A DNA stretch of 64,000 bases from positions 334,490,001 to 334,554,000 of the forward strand of contig OZ024742.1 of assembly GCA_964016885.1 (NCBI GenBank). The letters are read 5' to 3'. A model generated the notes under the pieces. The model made no database searches. It was not told where the DNA came from and saw only the letters and a program-made list of their open reading frames with translations. This DNA is from Eledone cirrhosa. Its lineage: Eukaryota. Within the stretch, counting starts at the first letter, position 1. Each line of letters opens with the position of its first letter. Positions 1-12,202 of the stretch are shown in pieces. The position numbers and the translations under genes were made by a program.

Positions 1-594
1 AAAATGAAATAGGGTGGGCCGAGGGAGGAACCTAAAACGTGTGTGTAAATACGTCAACAATGGTTCTGATACTGCCATATTTGCTACAAAACTGAAATAT
101 GACCGACGATGTGGCCAACACAGGTGATATATTAGTAGTAAAGTGGAGGTGGGTGAATGGTTACACCTCGGATTTTCCTAGCCTCAGAGATTTGGGAATG
201 GTTCTCTTTTCCAGGTTTGTTCGACAGTTTTCTATCAATCAGACCGCAAACTCACTCGCCAACGACTTCTTTTTCCCAAAACAGATGTGGGGTAGAGTGA
301 GGGGTAACCTGGGAGTTACAGATATCACATCTCAGCTGGAGATACTGAAAGAAGGTTTTTTCCTAGGCTTTATCCAAGGGTTTTCAACTCATCTGACTTC
401 CGACATCCTCGCAATCGGATTCCTTTCCGTAAACGGAATTGGGACTGGTGGAACCCTCGGCTTTTTCCCAACCACGAAGATCTCTTCAGTATGAATAACA
501 GAGTCAGGAAGTGGAGCGGGATGACCTTCGGGGTTTAAGATAAGCATCTCTCAACCGTTTATGTTTCTAGAAAAACAATCCCTTGAGGTTGCTT

Positions 595-790
595 TCATTC
601 TTCATCACGTTGTACTGTTGTTGAAAGAGTTGTAAGCTTTATTAATCAAATGTTACACAATTTCAAAAATCGCCCATTTCAACGAGGATTGGCTGTGTGA
701 AAGAGCAGCCCTTGCCACGAAACACGTCACAGTAAATGCTATCAAGAGAAAGCTCACACAATAGATCCCTGGATGTAGCCAGCAATATCA
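595..790 (+). pseudogene. Helitron PIF1-like helicase fragment
   Basis: Manual translation CTVVERVVSFINQMLHNF/HFNEDWLCERAALATKHVTVNAIKRKLTQ*IPGCSQQY resembles the RepHel helicase motif WLxERAILAPKNxxVxxIN...LPG; has a stop and a frameshift. Confidence 0.75.
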
Positions 791-865
791 AGTAAACTAG
801 TTAATAAAGTAAAAGTAGTAACACGTCATATCACTCTCCATTCAACGTCACATTTCTCATCAGTC

Positions 866-937
866 AGCAGAGTGGGGCAGTGGAAGCATGCTGGGCCCAT
901 AACCGCGAGTTCCGTAGATCGAAACTAGACACAGCTA
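866..937 (+). pseudogene. tRNA-iMet variant, probably pseudogene
   Basis: CAT anticodon; substitutions in the D, anticodon, T and acceptor stems. Confidence 0.8.
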
Positions 938-1201
938 TTTCTGTTTGTTATTGCTTTTATTTAATATATAATCATACCTGTATCTCGGAGTATCTACAGT
1001 AAATGACTATTTCATTCTACCTCATGTAATCCGTAGCCTCAGATTTTTATGCAGTAGCCACATACACAAACATGCATAAAGGACGATTCAATACAAACAT
1101 TCTAAAGTAGCACAATTGATTGTTAAACTTTATATATTCTATCAGCCATTTCGCATATCATGTAGACAGTAACAGTAATAAAACGACATATCGATAGTGT
1201 C

Positions 1202-1273
1202 AGCAGAGTGGCGTAGTGGCAGTGTGCTAGACCCATAACCCAGAGGTCCGTAGATCGAAACTACGCTCTACTG
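1202..1273 (+). pseudogene. tRNA-iMet variant
   Basis: Full length, CAT anticodon, several stem mismatches (CTAGA in the anticodon stem). Confidence 0.8.
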
Positions 1274-1789
1274 TTTACTTTTATTTCATCTTTTCTTTCT
1301 TAAATATATAATAATATCTCTACATCGAAGTATCTTCACAAAATAAACATTTCATTCTCACATGAAATATATCGTCTCTCCTTTTACTGTAGCTGTCACA
1401 TTTCAGCACAAGACAGTGGATAAGTAGTTCTATTTTAACTTCGGATGTGATCTTTTTGTTTTGTAAATATAATAATTTATACAGAAACCATGTACTACCT
1501 CGAAGGTTTTAAAAATAACGAAACAAAAGAACCCTTAGAAATCATCAACTCGGTAGACCGTTAATTTTTGTATTTTCTACCTATACTTTCGTATATAAGG
1601 AAAATATGAATGTAAGACATTACTTTCCGTGAAAGGTGAATATACATTAAATGAATATATTAATTAATTCTGTTTTTTTTTCAAATATTCAAATACAAAG
1701 AAAAATAACGTTTAACCTATGATACAAAACTAACAACGTAACCTAATGCATAAATTCAAAATAGAAAAAAGTTACATCATTTTTCAGTC

Positions 1790-1860
1790 AGCAGAGTGGC
1801 GCAGTGGAAGCGTGCTGGGCCCAAACCCAGAGGTCCGTAGATCGAAACTACGCTCTGCTA
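1790..1860 (+). tRNA. tRNA-iMet body with altered anticodon loop (CCCAAA, 6 nt)
   Basis: Identical to consensus except GGGCCCAAACCCAG instead of GGGCCCATAACCCAG. Confidence 0.7.
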
Positions 1861-1978
1861 ATCCTGTTTGATAATTTTTTAAAAATATATAATCAAACCT
1901 GTCTATCGGAGTATCTACATTAAATGACTATTAGGTGGACAGTCACTAAATGTAATACAACGTCTTATAAAAATTGCC

Positions 1979-2049
1979 ACCTGAGTGGCACAGTGGTAGT
2001 GTGCTGGGTCTGTAACCAGGGGTCCGTAGATTGAAACTACGCTCTGTTA
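1979..2049 (+). pseudogene. degenerate tRNA-iMet
   Basis: A box and T arm recognisable; anticodon arm destroyed. Confidence 0.7.
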
Positions 2050-2507
2050 TTTGTATTTGTTTGTCCTTTAAATTATATAATCCCATCTATACCTCAGATT
2101 ATCTACACAAATTGATTTGTTTATCCCATATAATGTGTAGTCTCCTCCTTTTATATAGTTATCACATTTCAAAGGGGAGATATGTAATGGATAATTCAAT
2201 ACGAGCAATACATACAGCACAACCATCAACAGAATCCAACAACACCCATAATTCCAAGGTTTGTCGGTTAAATCTTTTCTCTAATAAAACGTGTGTATTT
2301 TGTTCATTTTTGGTGTCCGAAAGTCTAGACAATGAATCCAAAAATATATATATATACTCTGTACATAAAATATCTATATCTATTTTACATTCGTACTGAT
2401 GAAATAACATATATTTATGAGATGTGATTTATCGGTGTGTCTGTGTGTTGTAAATTGATTAACGTATACGCATACTTTGAAACTCCTACGAAGATTTTGA
2501 AAATAAT

Positions 2508-2693
2508 TGTTTTACTTTAGGCACAAGGCCAGCAAATTACCCAGTGCATTACTGGTACTTTATTTTATCGACCCCGTAAGGATGAAAGGCAAAGTCAACC
2601 TCGGCGGGATTTGAACTCAGATCGTAAAGGGACGTAACTATGCTGGAAAGCATGGCGTCCGACACTCTACCGATACTGCCAATCCACCACCCC
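2508..2693 (-). mobile_element. tRNA-derived SINE (family A), full length, with 19-bp TSD
   Basis: On minus: A box TGGCAGTATCGG, B box GAGTTCAAATCC, core GCCTTTCATCCTTACGGGGTCGATAAAATAAAGTACCAG. TSD CGAAGATTTTGAAAATAAT at 2489-2507 and 2694-2712. Confidence 0.9.
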
Positions 2694-3182
2694 CGAAGAT
2701 TTTGAAAATAATGAAACAAAATCACCCAGAAATCATCACCTCTGTAGAATGTTAAACGGTGTATATTCTACCCGTCGCCTCAAATATAAGAGAACTTGAA
2801 TCCAAAAGATTATTTCCTGTGAAAACTTCCTGTGAATATCCACTAAATGGAGGTAATAATTTTTATTGTTACACTATTTTCTGGTATATTCAAATACAAA
2901 GAGAAATAACGTTTAATATATGATGCAATACTATCAATATAACCTAGTTCATAAATTCAAAGTAGTAAAAAGATGTCCGTACTAATGAGAATTCAAGTGA
3001 ATATTTCCAGTAAAAACTCAATATCCACTAAAAGAACGTAATAATCTGTATTGATTCACGTTAACCTATGTTCTGATATATTCAAAAATAAAGAAAAATA
3101 ACGTATAATCTATGAAGCAATAATATCAATGTAACCTACTTCATAAATTCAAAATAATAAAAGGTCATATCGTCCTCTAGTC

Positions 3183-3254
3183 AGCAGAATGGCGCAGTGG
3201 AAACGTGCTGGGCCCATAACCCAGAGGTCCGTAGATCGAAACTACGCTCTGCTA
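3183..3254 (+). tRNA. tRNA-iMet(CAT), two substitutions
   Basis: Consensus except G7A and G21A; T-run terminator follows. Confidence 0.75.
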
Positions 3255-3828
3255 TTGGGTTTTTTTTCTATTTATTTTAACTATATAATCCCGTTTGTAT
3301 TTCGGAGTAACTACACTAAATACTCGTTTCATTTTATCACATATTTTTTGCAGACTTCCCTTTCAATATACTTGTCACAACAGTGAGAGATATGTAATAC
3401 ATAATTCAATACCAGCAATATATACAGCACAGTCATCAACTCCCATCAATCCTAGGTGTGTAGATCAAATCATTGCTCTAAAAATACGTGTATATGTTGC
3501 TTCTTTTTTTATATCCAAACATTTAGACAATGAATTAACATGAATGAAAAATCTATAACTTTTACAATTCGTACTAATGAAATAACCTATTTCTATCTCC
3601 ATTAAATATTGCAAGGTTTCTCTTTATTATTTTCTGAAATCTCACAACTCCAGGTATGGTTTTGTTTGTGTGTCTGTGTGTTGTAAAGGAACGTAATAAT
3701 CTATATTGTTTCACGTTACACGATGTTCTGACATATTTAAACACAAAGAAAAATAACTTTTGATATATGATGCAATACTAACAATGTAACCTACTTCATG
3801 AATTCAAAGTTTATATCAGACTCCAGAC

Positions 3829-3900
3829 AGCAGAGTGGCGCAGTGGTATCGTGCTGGGCCCATACCCCAGAGGTCCGTAGATCGAAACTATACGCTGCTA
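3829..3900 (+). pseudogene. tRNA-iMet variant
   Basis: CAT retained; changes in the D loop, anticodon loop and 3' stem. Confidence 0.75.
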
Positions 3901-4130
3901 TATACAATTGCTCTTTTTTTTAATGTATAATCACACGAGTGTCTCAGAATATCTACACTAAATGACTATTTCATTCTATCGCATGTAATCAACAGATGTA
4001 CTTACTAAATACCAAACAAGAAATATATGTCTTACATTTCGCACTGATGAAATAATGTTATGTAATTATTTCTATTAAGTATTTATTATTTGCTGAAATA
4101 TAGGGCAGTGGATAAGTAGTATTATTTGAA

Positions 4131-4305
4131 GTTGGTGGATTGGCAGCATCGGTAGAGGGTCGGACGCCATGCTTTGCAGCACAGTTACGTCCCTTTACGG
4201 ATGAGTTCAAATCCCGCCGACTTTAACTTTCCCTTTCATCCTTACGGGGTCGATAAAATAAAGTACCAGTAATACCCTGCTGGCCTTGTGGCAAAAGTAG
4301 AAACA
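4131..4305 (+). mobile_element. SINE family A
   Basis: GGTGGATTGGCAGCATCGGTAGAG...GAGTTCAAATCCCGCC...GGCCTTGTG; imperfect TSD ATTATTT(G/A)AA. Confidence 0.88.
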
Positions 4306-4691
4306 ATTATTTAAACTTTGGGTGTGACTTTGTGTCTGTGTGTCTTTATTTTGTAAACTTAATATAATCATTGATACTACTACGATGCGTTAAAAAATAA
4401 CGAAACAAAATATGTCCAGAAATCACCAAATAGGTAGAAGGTTAAACTTTCTATATTGCACAAGTTACATCGTATATAGGGAAATGTGAATTCAAGAGAT
4501 TATTTCCAGTACAAACTCAATATCCACTAAATGAATCTAATAATCTGTATTGTTTCACGTTAATCTATGTTCTGATATATTCAAACATAAAGAAAAATAT
4601 AGTTTGATATATGATGTAATACTACAATGTAAACTAGTTCATAAATTCACAGTAGTAAAACGTCACATCATTCTCCAGACAGCAGTCGGTC

Positions 4692-4756
4692 AGCAGAGTG
4701 ACGCAGTGGAAGCGATCTGGGCCCATAGGTCCGTAGATCGAAACTACGCTCTGCTA
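4692..4756 (+). pseudogene. tRNA-iMet pseudogene
   Basis: 7-nt deletion on the 3' side of the anticodon stem. Confidence 0.85.
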
Positions 4757-5167
4757 ATTATAACTTGTTTTGTTTATTTTCTTAAATACAATCCCATCCC
4801 TTTGTTGGAGTAACTTCACTAAATAAACATTTTACTCTAACACATGTAATAAGTAGACTCTCCTTTTAATATAGTTGTCGGATATCAACAGAGAGAGATA
4901 TGTTACTCAAGTTTGTTATTTTCTTATTTCAATATGTAATCACACCTCTGTCTCCGAGTATATACACTAAATGGCTCCATCACATGTAATGTGTAGCCGC
5001 CCGTCTTTATACAGTTGTCAAATTTCAATAGACAGATATGTGTAATGGCGAATTCAATACAACCATTCTAACCTAGCATATTTGAGGGCTAAAATATATA
5101 TTTTCTGTTATTCACCTCGCATATAATGAAAGTAATAGAAATATTAAAATGTCAACTTGCTGTGATC

Positions 5168-5239
5168 AGCAGAGTGGCGCAGTGGAAACGTGCTGGGCCC
5201 ATAACCCGGAGGTGCCTAAATCGAAACTACGCTCTGCTA
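5168..5239 (+). pseudogene. tRNA-iMet variant
   Basis: CAT retained; T stem disrupted. Confidence 0.75.
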
Positions 5240-5927
5240 TTTGTTTTTTTTTTCTATTTATTTTAACTATATAATCCCGTTTGTATTTTGGAGTAACTAC
5301 ACTAAATGCCCATTTCATTTTATCACATATGTTTGTCACATATACTTGTCACAACAGTGAGGGATATGTAATGGATAATTCTATATAAGCGATATTTCGA
5401 GCACAGCCATCACCATAACTTTTACAATTCGTACTAATGAAATAACCTATCACAATTCGTACTAATGAAATAACCTATTTCTATCTCCATTAAATATTGC
5501 AGGGTTTCTCTTTATTATTTTCTGAAATATAGGATAATGGATTAGCAGTATTATTCAAACTCCAGATATGATTTTGTTTGTGTTTATGTGGGTTGTAAAT
5601 TTAACAATTTAAACCCATACTTGAAAATATCGATAGTTTTGAAAATAACGCAATAAAGGACCCCCCAGAAATCAACAGCTCGGTAGAACTATACACGTAT
5701 TTTCTACCAGTAACCTACTATATATGGAAATGAGGATTCAAGAGAATATTTCCAGTAAAAACCCAATATCGAATAAAGGAACGTAATAATCTATACTGTT
5801 TCACGTTTCCCTATGTTCTTATATATTTAAACACAAAGAAAAATAACTTTTTATATATGATACAATACTAACAATGTAACATACTTCATAAATTCAAAGT
5901 ATAAAAAGTTTGTATCAGACTCCAGAC

Positions 5928-5999
5928 AGCAGAGTGGCACAGTGGAGGCGTGGTGGGCCCATAACCCAGAGGTTCGTAGATCGAAACTTCGCTCTGCTA
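5928..5999 (+). pseudogene. tRNA-iMet variant
   Basis: CAT retained; about 5 substitutions. Confidence 0.75.
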
Positions 6000-6539
6000 A
6001 TTATGTTCGTTATTTTTTTTTTAAATATATAATCACACCTATCTCTCAGGGTATCTGCAGTAGATGACTATTTCATTCTTTCGCATGTAATCAATACATG
6101 TACATACTATGTACCACACCAGAAATATTTATATATTTTATAATTCGCGTTGATGAAATAATGTTTTTCAATAATTTCCATTAAGTATTTAAGGTGACTC
6201 TTTATTATTTCCTGAAATATAGGACAGTGGATAAGTATTATTATTTAAACTTCAGATGTGATTTGTCTGTGTGTCTGTGTGTTGTAAATTTAATAATTTA
6301 CACATACTTTGAAACAATGAAGGAATGAAATAGATGATCGCCAGAAAGCATCAACTCGGCAGAACATTAAACGTTGTATTTTCTACCTGTCACCTCGTAT
6401 ATGAGGACATGAGAACTCAAGAGATTATTTCCAGTGAAACCTCAATATAGACTGAATTAATTTTTAATGTTTCACGTTACCCTATGTTCTGATATATTCA
6501 AACACACAGAGAAAAATAAGGTTGAATGAATGATGAAAG

Positions 6540-6825
6540 TAATATAATCCTTCTATTTTATTAACAGTTATATAAATAACATTACAAATAAGTTTTAAAT
6601 ACATACATAAATAACATTATAAATAACATTATAAATAACATTACAAATGCTTAAACAAAATTATATATTGCTCGCAATTATTTCAGAACATTTCAAAAAT
6701 AATGTTGTTTATAAACACAAATATAAACACATAAAAGATAGAAATACAAGGGGGGGGGGGAGCAAAGACAAAAGCGACCATCAATTCACCAACAAATTCG
6801 AAAATCGGCAAACATCACATTTAGC
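6540..6825 (-). mobile_element. 3' UTR remnant of CRE-like non-LTR element
   Basis: Reverse-complement homolog of ~18420-18690, at the same position in the tRNA upstream flank. Confidence 0.65.
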
Positions 6826-7572
6826 CACTTGGTTCTATGAGAAACTGTTAATATGCGTGCGTACAGATCATTGAGTCTTTCCGTTGAGAACAAACCCCGG
6901 TTTTGCTTGTCCCCCTTTTTGTTCATTTATTCATTTATTTAATTTTTTTTTTACTTTCTCGTATGTCGCTCCCCATGTACCCCTTCTTTTCTTTTTTCTG
7001 TATTTTCTTCTGTTGCTTTCGGATCTGGTGTAGATGAGCTATGTGGTATCACTCATATCAGCACTTTCCCTTTCACCCACATACAGTTGAGCCTTGCACC
7101 GAGGCCGATTACAACCAGTCACTCGCCCTTGATGCCGCTTGGTGCCCTAGTCCCCGGTTCACGCCCCATCTTCCATCCCCACCAGTCGACACCTGCAGTA
7201 AATGCAGCACCACGAACAGGCAGAAGAGGGCCGGAACTGTTCGAGGTGTGGCTATTTCCACCACCCTATTTGTGATGGCTTGACGCGTCAAGCCTCCAGT
7301 GCCCTCGCAGCGTGGAGACGCAGCACCTGTCTCTTTCCCTCGTCTGTTTAGCCATTCCCGTCTAGCACACCACTAGATGAAACAGCGAGTTCATTTAGTG
7401 GATATGATGCTCATATCCACTAAATGAACGTAATAATCTGCAGTTTCACGTTACCCTATGTTATGATATATTCAAATATAAAGGAAAATAAAGTATAATA
7501 TATGATATAATACTATCAATGTAATCTAGATCATAAATTCACACTAGTAAAACGTCACATCATTCTCCTGAC

Positions 7573-7644
7573 AGCTGAGTGGCGCAGTGGAAGCGTGCGG
7601 CGCCTATAACCCAGAGGTCCGTAGATCGAAACTACGGTCTGCTA
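7573..7644 (+). pseudogene. tRNA-iMet pseudogene (anticodon TAT)
   Basis: GCGGCGCCTATAACCC: anticodon stem broken. Confidence 0.8.
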
Positions 7645-8047
7645 TTTACAACTTTTGTTGTTTATTTTCTTAAATACAATCCCATTCTCTTGTTGGAGTA
7701 TCTTCACTAAATAAACATTTCTCTCTAACACATCTAATAAGTAGACTATCCTAACAGAGAGAGATATGCTACTCATATTTGTTATTGTCTTTTTTTGGTT
7801 TTTAATATATAATGACACATGTCACTCGGATTATCTACACTAAATGACTATTTGGTACTATGCCATGTAATGTTTAGCCGCTCGTCTTTATAGAGGTGGC
7901 ACATTACAATAGATAGATATGTGTAATGGCTAATTCAATACAAGCATTGCAAACTAGCCCACTTGATGGTCAAACTATATATTTACTATCAGTCACCACA
8001 TATATAATGAGTCTCTAGAAATAATAAAATGTCAAATTGAGGTGATC

Positions 8048-8119
8048 AGCAAAGTGGCCCGACGGGGGCGTGCTGGGCCCATAACCCACAGGTCCGTAGA
8101 TCGAAACTACGCTCTGTTA
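8048..8119 (+). pseudogene. tRNA-iMet pseudogene
   Basis: D arm and A box degenerate. Confidence 0.8.
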
Positions 8120-8520
8120 TTGTATTTTTAATATATAATCACACCTATCTATTTGAGTATCTACACTAAATGACTAGTTGATACTATCACGTGCAATGTG
8201 TAACCTTACATTTTGTTATACAGTTGCCACATTTCAAGAGACAGATATGCGTTAAGGATAAATCAATACAAATATTCTAAACTAGCACGATTGACGTATA
8301 CATTTTAAATTTTTTATCAGTCATTAAATAATGAAATGTGAATCTCGGATGTTTTAAGTGAACAATTACTTTCATTAAATGAACATAATAATGCTCTGGC
8401 AGACATTGTGCAGTTTAACTCCATGGTTGTGGCTTTGTCTCTGTATACTGAATGAGGTAACTCTGTCAATCTAACGGTGTACAGTCACTAAACATAATAA
8501 AACAGCAACTTAAGCTAGAC

Positions 8521-8592
8521 AGCAGAGTGGCGCAGTGGAAGCGTGCTGGGCCCATAACCCAGAGGTCCGTAGATCGAAACTACGCTCTGCTA
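8521..8592 (+). tRNA. initiator tRNA-Met(CAT), perfect consensus
   Basis: A1:U72, three G:C pairs in the anticodon stem, C33, T loop ATCGAAA (A54/A60); these are eukaryotic initiator hallmarks. TTTTT about 8 nt downstream. Confidence 0.97.
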
Positions 8593-9652
8593 GGCATATT
8601 TTTAATTGTTTTTCTTTGTTTTGTTTTTCTTAAATATATAATCACACTAATGTCTCTGACTATCTATATACTTATTGAGTGTTTCCTGAATAAATTTGAT
8701 AATTTAAAACCCCACTTTGAAACAACGAAGGTTTTGAAAATAAGGAAATAAATTACCCTCGGAAATCATCAGCTCCGGAGAACTTAAACGTCATATTTTT
8801 TTCCATCCACTGTTATATATTTCCTGAAATATATGACAGTGGATAAGAAATATTATTTAAACTTGGAGTGTGACTTTGTGTGTATCTGTAAATTTAATAA
8901 TGTAACCCACACTTTGATACTACTGCAATATTTTAAAAAATAATAAAACGAAATATGTCCAGAATGTATCAGATCGGTACAACGTTAAACTTTCTATATT
9001 CTACCATTCACCTCCTGTACAGGGAAATGTAAATGCAAGATATGTTTTCCTGTGAAAACTCAATTTACGCTAAATTAACATAATAATTAATATTGATTCC
9101 CGTTTCCTAATGTTCTAACATATTGAAACAAAAAGATCAATCTAGTTTGTAATACTATCAATGTAACCTAGTTGATAAAGTAAATGTTGTAAAATGTCGC
9201 ATTGATCCAGACACAGAGGTCGTAGAAGTCGTAAACAGAGGTCGTAGATTTTTGTTTGTTTGTATATAAATATATAATCACGTCCCTTTGTAGGAGTATC
9301 TTCAGTAAATAAACATTTCACTCTGACATATGTAATAAATAGACTCTCGTTTTATTATAATTGTCATATTTCAAAAGTGAGAGGAGCTATTCTTCTTTGG
9401 TATTGTTTTGTTTAATATATAATCACACCTTTCTCTCGCAGTATGTATATTAAATGACTGTTTCATTGTATCACATGTAATGTGTATCCTCTCGTTTTTA
9501 TAAAGTTGCTACATATCAAGAGACAGTCATGCGTTATCTATAATACAATAAACATTCTAAACTAGTACAATTGCTGATTAAACTTTATATTTTCTATCGG
9601 TCACCTCACATAAATAATGAAGTTAGTAAAAGTAATATAAAACAAAAGCGAC

Positions 9653-9724
9653 AGCACAGTGTCGCAGTGGAAGCGTGCTGTGCCCATAACCCCGAGGTCC
9701 GTAGATCGAAACGACGCTCTGCTA
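9653..9724 (+). pseudogene. tRNA-iMet variant
   Basis: CAT retained; mismatches in all stems. Confidence 0.75.
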
Positions 9725-10153
9725 TATCTGTTATTTGTATGTTTTTTTTAATGTTTTAATATATAAAACCATCAATATTTCGGAGTATCTACACTAACTG
9801 AACATTTCATTTTATCACATATATAGTCACCTACATTTAAATAGTTGTCACATTTCAATATAAGCAATGTATACAGCAAAGCCATCAACCAAATCGTGCA
9901 ACTCCCATAATTCCTTCGTGTGTTGATCAAATCGTTGCTCTAAAAAAATCGTATTTTTCTTCCATTTTGGTATCTGAAAATCTAGACAATAAATATAAAT
10001 ACTATGTACATAAATATATATACTGTTTCCCGTTTCCCCATGTTCTGATATATTCAAATACAAAGGAAAATAACATGTCACCTCGGATATAATACTATCA
10101 ATGTGACCGAGTTATAGATTCAAAGTACTGAAAGTTTACATCAATCTACAGTC

Positions 10154-10215
10154 AGCAGTGGAAGCGTGCTGGGCCCATAACTCAGAGGTCCATAGATCGA
10201 AACCATGCTCTGCTA
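10154..10215 (+). pseudogene. tRNA-iMet pseudogene
   Basis: 10-nt 5' deletion between repeated GCAG motifs. Confidence 0.85.
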
Positions 10216-11057
10216 ATCATGTTTGTTATTTTTTCTTTTAAATATATAATCACACCTGCGTATCGGACTATCTGCAGTAAATGACTTTCATTCTATCGAA
10301 TGTACATACTATGTACTAAATTAGAAATATTCATCTTTTATCATTCTTGCTGATGAGATAATATGTTATTGAATTATTTACGTTGGAAGGAGTCTCTTTA
10401 TTATATCCTGAAATATAAGGCTGTGGGTAAGTAGATTTATTTAAATATCAGATGTTACTTTTTCTCTGTGCTCGTGTGTCGTTGTTTTGTAAATTTAATA
10501 CTTTATTCCTAAAATTTGATACTACTACGAAGTTTTAAGTATAACGAAACATTATATGCCCAGAAATCATCATATCGGTAGAACGTTAAACTTTGTATAT
10601 TCTACCACGTATGTAAAGTGTAGATTCTGCTGTTATTGTAGATATCACATTTCAATAGAGAGAGATATGTAATTGATAATTCAATAACATAATTCAAATC
10701 ATACACAGTGGAGGATCAACCATCAGCTGAAGCGTGCAAATTCCCACAATGCTGAGGTTTGTCGATCAAATCCTTGCTCTAAAACAACGTGTGTATTCTG
10801 TTAATTTTTGTTATCCAAAATTCTAGACAATGAATCAACAAATATACATATTATGTACATAAATAATGGAATATGAATCTCAAATGTTTTCAGTGAAATA
10901 ATTACTTCCATTAAATGAACATAATAATGATCTGGCATACAGTGTGCAGTTTAACTCCATGGTTGTGGCTTTGTCTCTGTATACTGAATGAGGTAACTCT
11001 GTCACGTCTCATATAATGAAGTTAGTAAATGTAATAGTACGCTGATTCGCAACAGTC

Positions 11058-11129
11058 AGCAGAGTAGCGCAGTGGAAGCGTGCTGGGCTCATAACCCAGA
11101 GGTCCGTACGTCGAAACTACGCTCTGCCA
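11058..11129 (+). pseudogene. tRNA-iMet variant
   Basis: CAT retained; about 5 substitutions. Confidence 0.75.
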
Positions 11130-11783
11130 ACCATGTTTGTTATTGTTTCCTTTTAAATATATAATTCCACCTGTCTCTCAGAATATCTGCAGTAAATGAC
11201 TATTTCATTCTATCGCATGTACATACTATGTACTAAATCAGAAATATTTATCTATTATCATTCGTGCTGATGAAAATAATATTATTTAATTATTTATGTT
11301 GGAAGGTTTCTCTTTATTATCTCCTGAAATATAAGGTTGTGGTTAAATAGATTTATTTAAATATCAGATGTTACTCTGTCTGTGTTTCCCTGTTTTGTAA
11401 ATTTAATACTTTATTCCTAAAATGTGATATTGCTACGAAGTTTTTAAGAATAACGAAACAATATATGCCCGGAAACCATCATATCGGTAGAACGTTAAAC
11501 TTTGTATATTCTACCAATCACGTATGTAAAGTGTAGATTCTGCTTTTATTATAGATATCACATTTCAATAGAGAGAGAGATATGTAATTGATAATTCAAT
11601 AAAATCATTCAAAACATACACAGTGGAGGAGCAGACGTCAACCTAAGTCTGCACAACTCCCACAATGCTGAAGTTTGTCGATCAAATTCTTGCTCTAAAA
11701 CAACGTGTGTATTTTGTTAGATTTTGTTATCCCAAATTCTAGACAATGAATCAACAAATATACATATTATGTACATAAATAAT

Positions 11784-11967
11784 TGCTTCTAGTTTTGGCA
11801 CAAGGCCAGCAATCAACCAGTGCATTACTGGTACTTTATTTTATCGACCCCGTAAGGATCAAAGGCAAAGTCAACCTCGGCGGGATTTGAACTCAGATCG
11901 TTAAGGGACGTAACTATGCTGGAAAGCATGGTGTCCGACCCTCTACCGATACTGCCAATCCACCGCC
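11784..11967 (-). mobile_element. SINE family A with 14-bp TSD
   Basis: TSD TGTACATAAATAAT at 11770-11783 and 11968-11981; empty paralogous site near 10854-10870. Confidence 0.9.
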
Positions 11968-12202
11968 TGTACATAAATAATGAAATGGGAATCTCAGATG
12001 TTTTCAGTGAAACAATTACTTTCATTAAATGAACATTATAATTGTTTCTACATTTGGCACAAGGAAAATAATAATGGTGGCATACATTGTATAGTTTAAC
12101 TCTATGGTTGTGGCTTTGTCTCTGTATACTGAATGAGGTAACTCTGTCAATCTAATGGTATACAGTCACTAAAGGTATTAAAAACATCTAAATTTTGCAG
12201 TC

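Noticed and set aside
99-494. 131-aa ORF as a gene
   Set aside because: No recognisable motif, and the paralog at 25890-26200 has a deletion and frameshifts.
4040-4080. CTGATGA in the recurring spacer motif as a hammerhead core
   Set aside because: A short hairpin follows, but there is no GAAA, stem III or UH.
7573-7644. TAT-anticodon copy as a functional AUA-reading tRNA
   Set aside because: The anticodon and acceptor stems are disrupted.
3189-8751. ORFs beginning MAQWKRAGPITQRS
   Set aside because: They are incidental translations of tRNA sequence.
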